Below, in pieces: positions 1-11,483 of a stretch of 64,000 nucleotides of DNA; the stretch's first letter is position 1; every line of letters begins with the position of its first letter. The notes below the pieces were generated by a model, which saw only the letters and a program-made list of their open reading frames with translations, was not told the origin of the DNA and searched no databases. The position numbers and the translations under genes are program-made. Where the stretch lies: positions 97,235 through 161,234 of the forward strand of contig JAYPQH010000017.1 of assembly GCA_038131935.1 (NCBI GenBank), given 5' to 3'. This stretch comes from Alphaproteobacteria bacterium (GTDB lineage Bacteria; Pseudomonadota; Alphaproteobacteria; UBA8317).

Positions 1-117
1 TCGATGTCGCTGCTATCCCCTCTTGTGATGCACCAGCAAGACGGGTCATACACCGCTGAGGTAGATTTGGTTTTGCGCAATGGGTCTCTGCTAGAAGGGT
101 TTGAGCAGGCATGTTAA
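1..117 (+). CDS. 3' end of probable tRNA1(Val) A37 N6-methyltransferase (partial, runs off window)
   Basis: Frame 1 reads SMSLLSPLVMHQQDGSYTAEVDLVLRNG...*, resembling the LVLH-xxDG-YT-E-xILR C-terminus of alphaproteobacterial TrmN6/YfiC; this gene usually lies upstream of glyQ. Confidence 0.55.
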   Translation, partial: SMSLLSPLVMHQQDGSYTAEVDLVLRNGSLLEGFEQAC

Positions 118-335
118 CAAAATTTTTGATTACAGGGGTCATTATTGCAATTGCTATTGCATCGTATTTTTATGGCCGAGGGCGTAAATCGCGTCAGGTT
201 GATGGAGCAACCCGTGCTGCTCAAGAGGCCACTCGGCGTAGAGTCGAAGAGCGTTTGAATTTGAAACAATGTTCTGTTTGTGAAGATTATGTTGCTGGGC
301 GATGTCATCGTGAGGATTGTGGCCATATTGAGTAG
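111..335 (+). CDS. small hypothetical membrane protein with C-terminal Cys cluster
   Basis: N-terminal hydrophobic helix, basic linker, CSVC-x6-C-x4-C; overlaps stop of upstream gene. Confidence 0.65.
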   Translation: MLTKFLITGVIIAIAIASYFYGRGRKSRQVDGATRAAQEATRRRVEERLNLKQCSVCEDYVAGRCHREDCGHIE

Positions 336-415
336 CTTTGCTCGTCGGTATGGATATGTCTATCTAACAGGTTATTTTGTGACCAATGGTTTCAGTTGAA
401 GTTTTTGAGGAAAAA

Positions 416-1318
416 ATGTTGCCAACCAGACCCAAGAGTTTTCAATCGATTATACTAGCTCTACAAGACTTTTGGTCTGCACAGGGCTGTGTCCTTCTGC
501 AACCATATGACATGGAAGTTGGGGCGGGAACATTCCATCCAGCTACAACATTACGTGCGTTAGGGCCTCGTCCATGGCGGGCTGCGTATGTACAACCATC
601 TCGGCGCCCCTCTGATGGACGATATGGGGAAAATCCAAATAGATTACAGCATTATTACCAATTTCAAGTGGTGATGAAACCTAACCCACAAAACATTCAA
701 GATCTTTATTTGGAATCACTAAAAGCAATTGGCATTGATCCTACCCATCATGATATTCGTTTCGTTGAAGATGATTGGGAATCACCGACGTTGGGCGCAT
801 GGGGCCTAGGCTGGGAAGTATGGTGTAACGGTATGGAAGTCACCCAATTTACGTATTTTCAACAAGTTTGCGGTGTTGATTGTAAGCCAATTACTGGTGA
901 AATAACCTATGGATTGGAAAGGCTTGCGATGTATGTCCAGGACGTAGATAACGTTTACGACTTGGACTACAATGGCCAAGGGGTGACCTATGGGGATGTA
1001 TTCCTCCAAAATGAACAGGAATATTCAAGGTATAATTTTGAGTATGCGGATACTCAAATGCTATTCCAACATTTTGCTGATGTCGAAAAGGCATGTAAGG
1101 CATTGATTGAAAAGGGCCGAAGAGGCGAAGAGCATATCATGGCTATGCCTGCCTATGATTATTGTATCAAAGCGTCTCATATTTTTAATTTGTTGGATGC
1201 CCGTGGTGTCATATCTGTTACAGAGCGCCAAAGTTATATTTTACGTGTTCGTGAACTTGCTCAAGCTTGTGGCCAAGCATGGTTAGGGACTAAGGTTGGG
1301 GGGGATCTTCATGGCTGA
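416..1318 (+). CDS. glyQ: glycine--tRNA ligase alpha subunit
   Basis: [53 protein letters not shown]; GAGG RBS before ATG 416. Confidence 0.98.
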   Translation: MLPTRPKSFQSIILALQDFWSAQGCVLLQPYDMEVGAGTFHPATTLRALGPRPWRAAYVQPSRRPSDGRYGENPNRLQHYYQFQVVMKPNPQNIQDLYLESLKAIGIDPTHHDIRFVEDDWESPTLGAWGLGWEVWCNGMEVTQFTYFQQVCGVDCKPITGEITYGLERLAMYVQDVDNVYDLDYNGQGVTYGDVFLQNEQEYSRYNFEYADTQMLFQHFADVEKACKALIEKGRRGEEHIMAMPAYDYCIKASHIFNLLDARGVISVTERQSYILRVRELAQACGQAWLGTKVGGDLHG

Positions 1319-3353
1319 AGCACTCGTAGAGTTGTTGAGCGAAGAAATTCCTGCGCGTATGCAATCGAATGCAGGTCAGAGGTTAAAACAAATGCTTGAA
1401 GATGGCCTTAAGGCTGTCGGTGTATGCTGTGATTGTGAAATTTATACTGGCCCACGTCGTTTAACTGCAATTTTACGTGATATTCCTGTGGCGACAGATA
1501 GCCGTGTTGAGGAGAAAAGGGGGCCTCGTGTTGGGGCAGCTGAGAAGGCGATTCAAGGATTTCTTCGTGCTACCAATAAACCAGATGTATCTGCCCTGGA
1601 GATAAGAGATACGGGAAAGGGTGATTTTTATTTTGCCGTGAATACCTTGCCTGGTGAGTCTATCGGGGATGTTCTCGTAAAACTGGTTGATGATATTGTA
1701 ACCAAGTTTTCATGGCCTGTATCTATGCGATGGGGTGATGGTGATTTGCGTTGGATTCGTCCCCTTCATCAGATTACCGTAAGGCTGTGGCAAGATGGTG
1801 TGGAGCATGAAGTAGGTGGGGGAAAGTTACCTATTTCCTACAACAAGCACAGCATTGGCCATCGGGTTCATGCTCCTGGTGCAGTGTCTTATGGGCAGAT
1901 TTCTGATTATGCCAGAAAGCTTCGCCATGCGTATGTAGAAGTTGATCCAGCAAGCCGTCGAGATCGTATCCTTAATGGGCTTCACGATGCTGAGCGCCGA
2001 TTTGAATTGCAGTTGGTTGATGATCAGGCCCTCCTGGAAGAGGTTGTTGGGCTTGCCGAATGGCCAGTGGTATTGGTGGGCTCCATTGACGCTCAGTTTC
2101 AAAACCTTCCATCTGAAGTCTTGGCAACCTCTATGAGGGTACACCAGAAATATTTTTCTTTGGCCAATAGTGACGGCGTGATTACCCATTTTGCCATGGT
2201 TGTAAATATTGAGGCGCGTGATGGTGGTGTAGAAGTGCAACGCGGTAACGAGCGGGTGCTTGCCGCAAGATTATCAGATGCAGCCTATTTTTTTGCGCAA
2301 GACAAGGCGGTTGGCTTGGATAATATGGGCAAAAAATTAGAAAATGTGACCTTCCACGAAAAGCTTGGATCCTTGCAAAATCGGGTTCAACGCATCAATA
2401 AAATTGGCCATAAGCTTTGTCATTTATTGGATGCGGACCCTGCGCTATTCGAGCAAGCCAGTTGGCTCTGTAAAGCGGACCTCATGTCTGGAATGGTGGC
2501 TGAATTTCCAGAATTGCAGGGCGTCATGGGTGGCTATTATGCCCAAGAGCTTGGTGTTGTAGACGAAGTTTCAGAGGCAATCGCACAACAATATTTTCCA
2601 GTGGGGCAAAATGATTTTGTGCCAACGGGAAAAATAGCAGTTATCCTGGGGTTAGCCGACCGATTAGATATTCTCGCTGGTTTTTGGAGCATTGATGAAA
2701 AGCCAACTGGGTCAAAGGATCCTTATGCACTTCGTCGCGCTGCAATTTCTTGCTTGCGAATCCTTCATGTTCATCAAATTTCTGTATCATTACGCCAATT
2801 GATTGAGTTGGCGTTGTCTGTTCAATCAAACATCGATGATAACGCCTTCCAAGCTGCGCGTGATGATCTTTTGGCGTTTTTCCGGGAGCGTGGTCGTGTC
2901 ATACTTCGAGATCGTGGTTCTCGCCATGATGTGGTGGACGCCATGTTATCACATGATGAGTTTGATTTTGCCGTAGCGGCGAAAAAAGCAGAAATATTGC
3001 AAGAATTTTTAATGCAAGGTGGTCATCAATTGATCGCGCCCTTTAAAAGGGCAAATAATATTATCAAGCAATTGCAAATATCAAAGACTTCATTAGCTAT
3101 CTCGGCTGTTGAGCCCGCAGAAATAGGTCTTCAAAACATGTTGGAAAATATAAAGACAGTTTTGTCTAAAGCCACATCTTTTGATCAGGAATTGATGTGT
3201 CTTCGTGAGATTGCGCCCCCCCTAGAACAATTTTTTGACGAGCTTGTGGTTAACCATGAGGACGAAGCCATCAAGCAGAGGAGGCTTGCGCTGTTGGGGC
3301 AGGTGACAGCGGTTTTCCTACAGGTTGTGAATTTTGAGGAGCTTGAAGACTAA
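1311..3353 (+). CDS. glyS: glycine--tRNA ligase beta subunit
   Basis: [49 protein letters not shown]; overlaps glyQ. Confidence 0.97.
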   Translation: MAEALVELLSEEIPARMQSNAGQRLKQMLEDGLKAVGVCCDCEIYTGPRRLTAILRDIPVATDSRVEEKRGPRVGAAEKAIQGFLRATNKPDVSALEIRDTGKGDFYFAVNTLPGESIGDVLVKLVDDIVTKFSWPVSMRWGDGDLRWIRPLHQITVRLWQDGVEHEVGGGKLPISYNKHSIGHRVHAPGAVSYGQISDYARKLRHAYVEVDPASRRDRILNGLHDAERRFELQLVDDQALLEEVVGLAEWPVVLVGSIDAQFQNLPSEVLATSMRVHQKYFSLANSDGVITHFAMVVNIEARDGGVEVQRGNERVLAARLSDAAYFFAQDKAVGLDNMGKKLENVTFHEKLGSLQNRVQRINKIGHKLCHLLDADPALFEQASWLCKADLMSGMVAEFPELQGVMGGYYAQELGVVDEVSEAIAQQYFPVGQNDFVPTGKIAVILGLADRLDILAGFWSIDEKPTGSKDPYALRRAAISCLRILHVHQISVSLRQLIELALSVQSNIDDNAFQAARDDLLAFFRERGRVILRDRGSRHDVVDAMLSHDEFDFAVAAKKAEILQEFLMQGGHQLIAPFKRANNIIKQLQISKTSLAISAVEPAEIGLQNMLENIKTVLSKATSFDQELMCLREIAPPLEQFFDELVVNHEDEAIKQRRLALLGQVTAVFLQVVNFEELED

Positions 3354-3442
3354 GTCTTTGGTCGAAGATGCTTGCCAAAGAGGTATGAATTGACGCACAC
3401 AACGACTTTGTTGCGCTGCAAGATCTTGAAAGAGGAATACAG

Positions 3443-6112
3443 ATGCAAAAATGGGTTTATCGATTTGGTGGTGGCGTTGCTGACGGTGACGCGACAATGC
3501 GTAATTTGTTGGGTGGGAAAGGCGCTAACCTTGCAGAAATGAGCAAGTTGGGCCTTCCAGTTCCCCCAGGTTTTACCGTAACCACAGAGGTTTGCACTGC
3601 TTTTTACAGCAATAATCATACCTATCCAGATGAATTGGCACAGCAGGTAAATGATGCGTTAGATTTGGTGGGGCAATCTACCGGTAAGGCGTTCGGTGAT
3701 GCCAAAAAACCTCTCCTGGTATCAGTTCGTTCAGGAGCTCGTGCATCAATGCCCGGCATGATGGATACGGTTCTGAACTTAGGTTTGAACAAAGATACCG
3801 TAGAAGGACTTGCACAATTATCCAAAGATGAGAGGTTTGCCTACGACAGTTATCGTCGCTTCATTCAAATGTACTCAAATGTAGTGCTTGGCCTTGACCA
3901 TGATCGATTTGAGGAAATCATTGACGATTACAAGGATGCCCACGAACTCACTGTAGATACAGACTTGACTGCAGATGACTGGAAAGCCGTGATTGAGCAG
4001 TTCCTTAGTATGGTGGATGAAGAGTTAGGCAAGCCATTTCCAGAGGATGTCTATGAGCAATTATGGGGTGCTATAAATGCCGTCTTCTCGAGTTGGATGA
4101 ACCAAAGGGCAATCGTATACAGACGCTTGCATGATATTCCAGAGGCTTGGGGTACTGCTGTCACAGTTCAAGCCATGGTTTTTGGTAACATGGGTGAAGA
4201 CTCTGCCACGGGCGTGACATTCACGCGTGATCCATCAACTGGAGAAAAGCGTTTGTATGGCGAGTTTTTGGTCAATGCACAGGGTGAAGATGTTGTTGCA
4301 GGCATCCGGACGCCACAACCATTAACCGTTGCGGCCGCTGGTGAAAATGATGCTCATATGTCCATGGAGCGTTGCATGCCTGACGTTTTCAATGAGCTTG
4401 TGGCTGTTTTTGATCGGTTAGAGGCTCATTATCGTGACATGCAGGACATCGAATTTACAGTGGAGCAAGGGAAGCTTTACATACTGCAAACCCGAAGTGG
4501 GAAGAGGACAACCAAAGCTGCTGTTCGTATAGCAACCGAAATGGTTACCGAAGGGGTATTGGATAAAAAAGAGGCACTTTTGCGTGTTGACCCTCAAGGT
4601 TTAGACCAATTGCTTCACCCAATGTTGGACCCTAATGCGCCACGTAAGGTTTTAGGAACGGGTTTGCCAGCATCACCAGGCGCTGCATCTGGTCACGTTG
4701 TATTCACAGCCGATGAGGCAGAGGCGAAGCGCGCACAAGGTGATCGTGTTATCTTGGTTCGCATTGAAACATCTCCAGAAGATATTCACGGGATGCATGC
4801 TGCGGAAGGCATTCTGACAACCCGTGGGGGTATGACGTCACATGCCGCTGTTGTGGCGAGAGGCATGGGGCGTCCTTGTGTCTCTGGGGCCGGTAGCGTC
4901 AGTATTGATATGCAAAAAAGGACCATGACAGCTTCAGGCCATGTTGTTCATGAGGGTGATATCATTACCATCGATGGTAGTACTGGGTCGATTATGCTCG
5001 GTGAGGTTCCAACCATCAAACCAGAAATGACCGAAGATTTCTCAAAGCTCATGCAATGGGCTGATGAAACGAGACGCATGAGGGTGCGTACAAATGCGGA
5101 AACCCTTCAAGATGCAAAAACAGCAAGAGAATTTGGTGCTGAAGGCATAGGTCTATGCCGCACGGAGCATATGTTTTTTGACGAAGAGCGGATCATGGTG
5201 GTTCGGGAAATGATCCTGGCTGAACATGAGGAAGGACGACGCTACGCACTTGAAAAACTATTGCCTTACCAAAGAGAAGATTTCGCTGATCTGTTCCGTA
5301 TTATGGCGGGTTTACCTGTTACCATTCGTTTGCTCGATCCACCTCTACATGAATTCCTTCCTCACACAGAACAGGAAATTCAAGCCGTTTCGCGAGCCAT
5401 TGGCGTTCCTGAAAGCGTGTTGCAACGGAGGGTTCAAGAGCTGCATGAATTCAACCCCATGTTGGGTCATCGTGGCTGCCGATTGGGTATCACCTATCCA
5501 GAGATTTATGAGATGCAGACAAAGGCAATTATGGAAGCCGCTTGTGATGTTTACAGCGAAGGTATGGATACAACAATTCCAGAAATCATGATCCCTTTGA
5601 TTGGCTATGGGAAGGAATTAGAGATGTTGCGAGAAGTTGTAACATCTGTTGCGGAGGAGGTGTTGCGTGAGCGCCAGGTTCCCATGCAGTACCTCATCGG
5701 TACCATGATTGAACTGCCGAGAGCCGCCCTAACAGCAAATGAAGTTGCCCGCCATGCTGATTTTTTCTCATTTGGAACCAATGATCTAACTCAAACAACT
5801 TTGGGTATAAGTAGGGACGATGCGTCAAAGTTTTTGGGAGAGTACCAAGGTAAAAAAATTATAGAACGTGACCCATTTGTGACCATGGATCCCGAGGGAG
5901 TTGGCCGCCTTGTGGAGATGGGTACATCCCTTGGACGTTCCACAAAGCAAGAGCTCAAAACTGGAATTTGTGGGGAACATGGTGGTGACCCCTCATCGAT
6001 TCATTTATGTGAAGGGTTTGGGTTGGATTATGTTTCTTGTTCGCCGTTTCGTGTGCCTATCGCACGACTGGCTGCCGCGCAGGCTTACATTCAGGCACAA
6101 GAAAATATGTGA
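3443..6112 (+). CDS. ppdK: pyruvate, phosphate dikinase
   Basis: LLGGKGANLAEM, SVRSGARASMPGMMDT, GGMTSHAAVVARG (phospho-His), GICGEHGGDP; 889 aa. Confidence 0.98.
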   Translation: MQKWVYRFGGGVADGDATMRNLLGGKGANLAEMSKLGLPVPPGFTVTTEVCTAFYSNNHTYPDELAQQVNDALDLVGQSTGKAFGDAKKPLLVSVRSGARASMPGMMDTVLNLGLNKDTVEGLAQLSKDERFAYDSYRRFIQMYSNVVLGLDHDRFEEIIDDYKDAHELTVDTDLTADDWKAVIEQFLSMVDEELGKPFPEDVYEQLWGAINAVFSSWMNQRAIVYRRLHDIPEAWGTAVTVQAMVFGNMGEDSATGVTFTRDPSTGEKRLYGEFLVNAQGEDVVAGIRTPQPLTVAAAGENDAHMSMERCMPDVFNELVAVFDRLEAHYRDMQDIEFTVEQGKLYILQTRSGKRTTKAAVRIATEMVTEGVLDKKEALLRVDPQGLDQLLHPMLDPNAPRKVLGTGLPASPGAASGHVVFTADEAEAKRAQGDRVILVRIETSPEDIHGMHAAEGILTTRGGMTSHAAVVARGMGRPCVSGAGSVSIDMQKRTMTASGHVVHEGDIITIDGSTGSIMLGEVPTIKPEMTEDFSKLMQWADETRRMRVRTNAETLQDAKTAREFGAEGIGLCRTEHMFFDEERIMVVREMILAEHEEGRRYALEKLLPYQREDFADLFRIMAGLPVTIRLLDPPLHEFLPHTEQEIQAVSRAIGVPESVLQRRVQELHEFNPMLGHRGCRLGITYPEIYEMQTKAIMEAACDVYSEGMDTTIPEIMIPLIGYGKELEMLREVVTSVAEEVLRERQVPMQYLIGTMIELPRAALTANEVARHADFFSFGTNDLTQTTLGISRDDASKFLGEYQGKKIIERDPFVTMDPEGVGRLVEMGTSLGRSTKQELKTGICGEHGGDPSSIHLCEGFGLDYVSCSPFRVPIARLAAAQAYIQAQENM

Positions 6113-6120
6113 TCAGGGAT

Positions 6121-7071
6121 ATGACCAAGCTTGATGGAGATGCTGTAAGCAAGTTGGGAAAATTCCAACTTGCCCGTCTTCTATCTGAGCTAGAGCAGCA
6201 ATGGGGTCGGCATAAGCAATATGGTGACTATGCGGGCATGTTGGATGATTGCTTGCATGAAGGTACAGGTCATGTTGTGGGTTTTACGGGGCCGCCGGGT
6301 GTTGGTAAGTCAACCTTAACAGGACAGTTGGTGAAGAAATGGCGTGAGCAAGGCAAATCAGTCTCTGTCTTGGCCATTGATCCGTCATCTCAAAAAACGA
6401 GAGGTGCTTTGCTGGGGGATCGCACCCGCATGGACCTTGATGCCGACGATGACAAAATTTTTACACGTTCGTTAGCAGCACGTGATAGATTGGGCGGGTT
6501 ATCAGAATTTGCTATTCTTGCTCTGGTGGTATTGCGTCGTTGTTTTGACAAGGTTCTATTAGAAACTGTTGGTATTGGGCAGTCAGAAACAGAAATATCT
6601 TATGTGGCTGATACGGTGGTTTATCTAGCTCAACCTGGGTCAGGAGATAGCCTGCAATATATGAAAGCTGGGGTTATGGAAGTTCCTGATATCTGTGTGG
6701 TCACGAAAGCAGACCTAGGGCCATTGGCGCAAAAGACATCAGCTGACCTGCAAGGTGCATTGGGTATTACAGGAAAAAAACATGGCTGGAATACCCCCGT
6801 TTTGCTGGTTTCAGTAGCTAATCAAGTTGGCCTTGATGAATTATGCCAGCAGATTGATGCTCATGGATGCGGGCAAACAGACCACAACCAACAACGTCAT
6901 CAACTGGCGCAGCATATCATGAATATGAACCTCACGATGTCATTTGGGAAGGAAGGAATTCGTGCTTTGCAACCCTATTGGAGCACCAATGAACAACTCA
7001 AACCTTTTGCTGCGGTAGATGAGTTAACAAAAAGGATGCGCCAATGTTTGGCTTCCCTCAAGGATTTTTAG
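6121..7071 (+). CDS. meaB: MeaB/ArgK-family GTPase (B12-mutase chaperone family)
   Basis: GFTGPPGVGKST, AIDPSS..GALLGDRTRM, ETVGIGQSE, MKAGVMEVPD, TKAD. Confidence 0.85.
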   Translation: MTKLDGDAVSKLGKFQLARLLSELEQQWGRHKQYGDYAGMLDDCLHEGTGHVVGFTGPPGVGKSTLTGQLVKKWREQGKSVSVLAIDPSSQKTRGALLGDRTRMDLDADDDKIFTRSLAARDRLGGLSEFAILALVVLRRCFDKVLLETVGIGQSETEISYVADTVVYLAQPGSGDSLQYMKAGVMEVPDICVVTKADLGPLAQKTSADLQGALGITGKKHGWNTPVLLVSVANQVGLDELCQQIDAHGCGQTDHNQQRHQLAQHIMNMNLTMSFGKEGIRALQPYWSTNEQLKPFAAVDELTKRMRQCLASLKDF

Positions 7072-7938
7072 AAGGACTAGGTGCAGCTGCCAGTTTAGGT
7101 ACAGCTGACTTTACATCTCGATACAATTCTGCTCGGTTTGGCAGTTTTGTGGCTGTTTTCTTTGCTATAACATTAGGATCACTGCCATTCTTGATCTTCC
7201 ATGAATGGGGTCATATGACCGAGTGGAGCAGTTCAGCTGTACTCTTTTCAATCTTGGCAGGGGTGCTCAACCCTATTTCTTTATGGCTTTTGTTTCGTGC
7301 AATCGCGGTTGGGCCAGTTGCGGTTGTGTCTCCTATCATTGCTGCAAACCCTGCACTCGTTGTTGTGATTAATGGGTTATGGGGATATATTCCTAGTTTT
7401 GTTCAATCATTTGGATTGATGGCTATTTTTGCTGGTGTGCTACTCGCCTCGGGTGTCTATCAAGGTGTCAGGGTATTGTACCAGCAAAATATTGCACCCA
7501 AAACTATATGGCTGGCTACTTTTTGCGAGCATTTTGTTTGCCATCAGATTGATTTTCATTGAATTCAGTGTGGCTGACATGCCCGTCATGGATAGCTTTA
7601 TTATATCACGATGTGCCTCAGCGCTTATATGCATCGCAGTTGTTTTGAGTTTTTCCGACATGCGTCGACATGTTTTAAAAGCTACTCAGGTTGGTACATG
7701 GCCATTATTGATTCTTCATGCCACACTTGAGGCATGTGGTGTATTTTTAATTTTTTGGGGGACGATGGGTGAGGGAAAGACACTTCTTCCTGTCGTGTTT
7801 TCGACGATCACACTGTTCACGCTTCTTTGGGCAAGGCTTTTCCTTAAAGAAAAAATTCCCCCTAAACGTCTTGTTGGCGTAGCTTTTGTTGTGTTTGGTG
7901 TCGCTGTTCTGGCTGCGGCACCCTTACTCTCACCATGA
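7044..7938 (+). CDS. DMT/EamA family transporter (frameshift near 7520)
   Basis: Two hydrophobic ORFs joined; GPVAVVSPIIAANP and FLKEKI...VGVAFVVFGV EamA motifs. Confidence 0.8.
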
Positions 7939-7952
7939 AGCAAGAGCAATTT

Positions 7953-8807
7953 TTAAAAGGGAACATCAAGACCTATGTCGAGCGCGGGCGCTGAATGGGT
8001 GATTTTGCCAACAGAAATATAATCAACACCAGTTCTAGCCATGGTTGCTATATCTTCAAGTGCCAATCCCCCAGAGGCTTCGGTAATGCTTTTACCATCA
8101 ACAATATCAAGCGCTCTTGAGACATCATGTGGGCTCATATTATCAAACATGATAATGTCTGCACGTCCTAAAACAGCTTCTCTTACCTGTTCGATATCAT
8201 CGCATTCAATTTCAATGCGCACCATAGGGCCAAACAATTCACGAGCTTTTTCTAGGGCTTTGGTAATAGAGCCATGTGCAGCGATATGGTTGTCCTTAAG
8301 CATGACACCATCATGAAGCCCAAAACGATGATTGACACCTCCACCATGACGCACCGCCTGTTTTTCCCAAGCCCGCAATCCTGGGGTCGTTTTTCTGGTG
8401 CAGAGAATGCGCGTTTTTGTTCCATGGGTTTCTGCAACATATGACGCGGTCAATGTTGCAATACCACTCATGCGCTGGAGCATATTCAATATTGTTCTTT
8501 CGGCTGTAAAAATACTATGCCAAGGCCCAGAGACCTGGGCAATGATTGTGCCTTGTTCAAGCGTATCGCCGTTTTGAACATATACTTGGGTGTTAAGCCG
8601 ATGGTCCACCAATTGCGCGCTATAATCGATCGCTTCCACACCAGACAAAATGCCCGCGTGTCGTGCTGTAATCAGAGCTTTTCCATCGCCTGTTTCATGA
8701 AGAAGTTGTGCGGTAAGATCTCCAGCATCAGCCAAATCTTCTTGTAGTGCACGACGAAGAACAGGCTCTGCGATAAGTTTAGGAAGTTGTGCATTTGTTT
8801 GGGTCAT
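7953..8807 (-). CDS. nadC: nicotinate-nucleotide pyrophosphorylase (quinolinate phosphoribosyltransferase)
   Basis: AERTILN..QRMSGIAT, TRKTTPGLR, HRFGLHDGVMLKDNH, EASGG, GVDYISVG.ITHSA. Confidence 0.96.
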   Translation of the reverse strand: MTQTNAQLPKLIAEPVLRRALQEDLADAGDLTAQLLHETGDGKALITARHAGILSGVEAIDYSAQLVDHRLNTQVYVQNGDTLEQGTIIAQVSGPWHSIFTAERTILNMLQRMSGIATLTASYVAETHGTKTRILCTRKTTPGLRAWEKQAVRHGGGVNHRFGLHDGVMLKDNHIAAHGSITKALEKARELFGPMVRIEIECDDIEQVREAVLGRADIIMFDNMSPHDVSRALDIVDGKSITEASGGLALEDIATMARTGVDYISVGKITHSAPALDIGLDVPF

Positions 8808-9027
8808 AACTGCTCCACAAACCGTTAAATGATCGTAATTTTAATGTATTACCATACAAGTATGGCGCCATTGCCTAAAATTTTACCTCGACGCTACGAA
8901 CCCCAGTATTTTTGTTTTGAACACATAACAAACACTTTATTCAACTTATGTTTCATGGTGCTACACAAACGATTTCAAAACCCAAACAAGGCACAACAAT
9001 ACCCTACGTCATGACTATCTGTCGTGG

Positions 9028-10031
9028 TTAATGTGCTTCTTTTGTAGGCTTGGGCTGTGACAGCTCAATCATTCGGGTTACTGCACCACGAGCCTTTTCG
9101 GCAATGTCATCGGCAACTGTGATTTGGTGCTGGTTATATTTTAAAGCATCCCGAATGTTGCTCAACGTAATTTGCTGCATGTGTGGGCACAAATGACAGG
9201 GTTGAATGAATTCAACTTCTGGGGTTTCAGCGGCAATATTGCTCGCCATGGAACATTCTGTAATTAAGGCCACTCGCGCAGGTTTTTCTTTTTGTACATA
9301 GGAAATTAGGCTCGCTGTTGAGCCAGCAAAGTCAGCTTCAGAAATGACATCAGGTGGGCATTCTGGATGTGCAAGAACGGTGACCCTGGATTTGCCTCTT
9401 TTACCGTCCTGATATCTTCTCCTGTAAATTGCTCGTGTACTTCACATGCTCCTGACCACGTAACCACGGTTTTTCGGGTTTTTGCGGCTACATTACGTGC
9501 TAAATATTGGTCAGGTATCAAGATAACTTTTTTGTCGTCTAATGCTTCAACGATTTCTAACGCATTTGATGAAGTGCAACAAATGTCGCTCACGGCTTTT
9601 ACCTCAGCGGAGGTTTTGACGTAGGTTTTAACGGGTGCCCCAGGATGTTTGGCGCGTATCGCCACGACCTGTTCTGCTGTTATAGATGATGCCAAAGAAC
9701 AGCCAGCTTCTAGGCTGGGAAGCAAAACTGTCTTGGTTGGATTTAGGATTTTTGATGTTTCAGCCATGAAGTGAACACCGCATTGCACAATAACATCTGC
9801 CTGGGTTTTTGTTGCCTCAACGGCAAGCTGCAAAGAATCTCCAACGACGTCAGCAATTGTGTGGAAAATGTCCCGCGTCATGTAATTATGTGCCAAGACT
9901 ACGGCGTTTCTCTCGGCTTTTAGCTCAAGAATTTCTGCAACGAGTGGCTCAATTTGTAACCATTCTGCTTCCACCATAAATCCCATGGCTTTAGTGCGAA
10001 TTTCATCCATTCCAACTTGGGTCATATGCAT
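9028..10031 (-). CDS. nadA: quinolinate synthase (frameshift near 9385)
   Basis: LAHNYM, GDSLQL, CGVHFMAET, AGCSLA, CEVH, AHPEC (after the shift), TECSM, CPHM. Confidence 0.93.
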
Positions 10032-10134
10032 TGTCCTGACGACTGATTGGTTAGTGCCATTTTATTTAGGCATTCGTAGCTGAAAAGTCACTATGTATCG
10101 CGAAGAATGGAAGACAACAACACCTATAAAGCTA

Positions 10135-10722
10135 TCAACGGGCTCTTTGAATGGCTTTGTCTAAAAAATCGTATCGCTGGAGAAACATTTGTTTAGCCTG
10201 ATCAGGTGAGCCAATCGGGGATAATTCATACGAATGTTGTGGTTTGACGAAGATGCTGTTTGCTTCAGTTTCTGAAAAGCCAGCAAGCCCCCTAGCTTCT
10301 TCATAAGCGGCATAATGATCAGCTTTTTTGATGGCCTCGGTGACGCCTTTTGGTAGTTGGCTAGGGATGCCGAACTTGATGTGAATGGCCTGTAATAATT
10401 TGTTTTCAATATGTTTATAATGTCCAGAAATAGCTTGTTTGAAAGGTGAAATTAAATCCCCAATCACATATTCAGGGCTATCATGTAAAAGAGCAGCAAG
10501 TTGATAAACAGGCGGCATCTCAGGATTTTCACGAGAAAAAATTTTTTCAACGAACAAAGAATGCGCGGCAACCGAAAAGGGGTAAGGACCTACTGTTTGA
10601 CCATTCCATCGAGCTACGCGCGACAAACCATGGGCTATATCTTCAATTTCTATATCTAAGGCCGATGGCTCTAAAATATTTAATCGCCGACCGGATAACA
10701 TGCGCTGCCAAGCTCTGGTCAT
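10135..10722 (-). CDS. HD-domain hydrolase, YfbR-like 5'-deoxynucleotidase
   Basis: RAWQRMLSGRRL, DIAHGLSRVARWNGQT, FSVAAHS, LLHDSPEYVIGD. Confidence 0.9.
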   Translation of the reverse strand: MTRAWQRMLSGRRLNILEPSALDIEIEDIAHGLSRVARWNGQTVGPYPFSVAAHSLFVEKIFSRENPEMPPVYQLAALLHDSPEYVIGDLISPFKQAISGHYKHIENKLLQAIHIKFGIPSQLPKGVTEAIKKADHYAAYEEARGLAGFSETEANSIFVKPQHSYELSPIGSPDQAKQMFLQRYDFLDKAIQRAR

Positions 10723-11483
10723 GTAGACACCATGTTTACTGAGCGCCCATCACACCATAAACCGTCAACGGCACGGTCTATATGGATATATGCCATAGCT
10801 CTCTTATCAAGTCTTGAGGTCACAAGACCCGCGTGCCGCCCTTCTATGTCGACAAGTTGCGTGGACATATCTGGATCAATATCCTCAAGGACAACAAATT
10901 TTTTGCGAATATTTGCTTTGTGGTACATTCGTGCCGTCACTTCTTGTCCAATATAACAGCCCTTTGAAAAATTTATGCCATGATAAGAAATAGGATCTGT
11001 TTCCAGCCAAAATGGAATGGCGGCCATGAAGTCTATCGATTGTGGTATGCTATAATCATAACAGCATGCTTGAAACTCGTGATCGCCAAGAACTTCATCA
11101 CCTGCAGAAAGACAAGATGAAGCCGCTTCGTAACGCCTATATCCCAATGCAGGATGTCTTGGGTCCTGATAGCCATGATTGTCCCAGATGACAGCCAAGT
11201 CTGTTTGCTCGATATGTATAGGCAAGCGTAATCGATATCGTTTAAAAGCGTGTAAAAGGTCATCTGTTAGACCGTTATGATGGTCACAGAGTAAATTATC
11301 TGCATCAATGCGTGCAATAAGAAAATCAGCGCGATATTTCCCTTGTGGTGTCAGCAATGCGGTATAAACCAACCCTTGGTTGAAAGCTGTCTGGTCTAAC
11401 GTTGATGTTACCAATCCATCGAGCCATGTCGCAGCATCTGGGCCTGAAATTCTAATGACAGATCGCTCCTTCAAAATGCGCAT
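10719..11483 (-). CDS. ygfZ: folate-binding Fe-S/tRNA-modification protein YgfZ
   Basis: ISGPDA..WLDGLVT, LLTPQGK, KGCYIGQEVTARM signature. Confidence 0.93.
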   Translation of the reverse strand: MRILKERSVIRISGPDAATWLDGLVTSTLDQTAFNQGLVYTALLTPQGKYRADFLIARIDADNLLCDHHNGLTDDLLHAFKRYRLRLPIHIEQTDLAVIWDNHGYQDPRHPALGYRRYEAASSCLSAGDEVLGDHEFQACCYDYSIPQSIDFMAAIPFWLETDPISYHGINFSKGCYIGQEVTARMYHKANIRKKFVVLEDIDPDMSTQLVDIEGRHAGLVTSRLDKRAMAYIHIDRAVDGLWCDGRSVNMVST

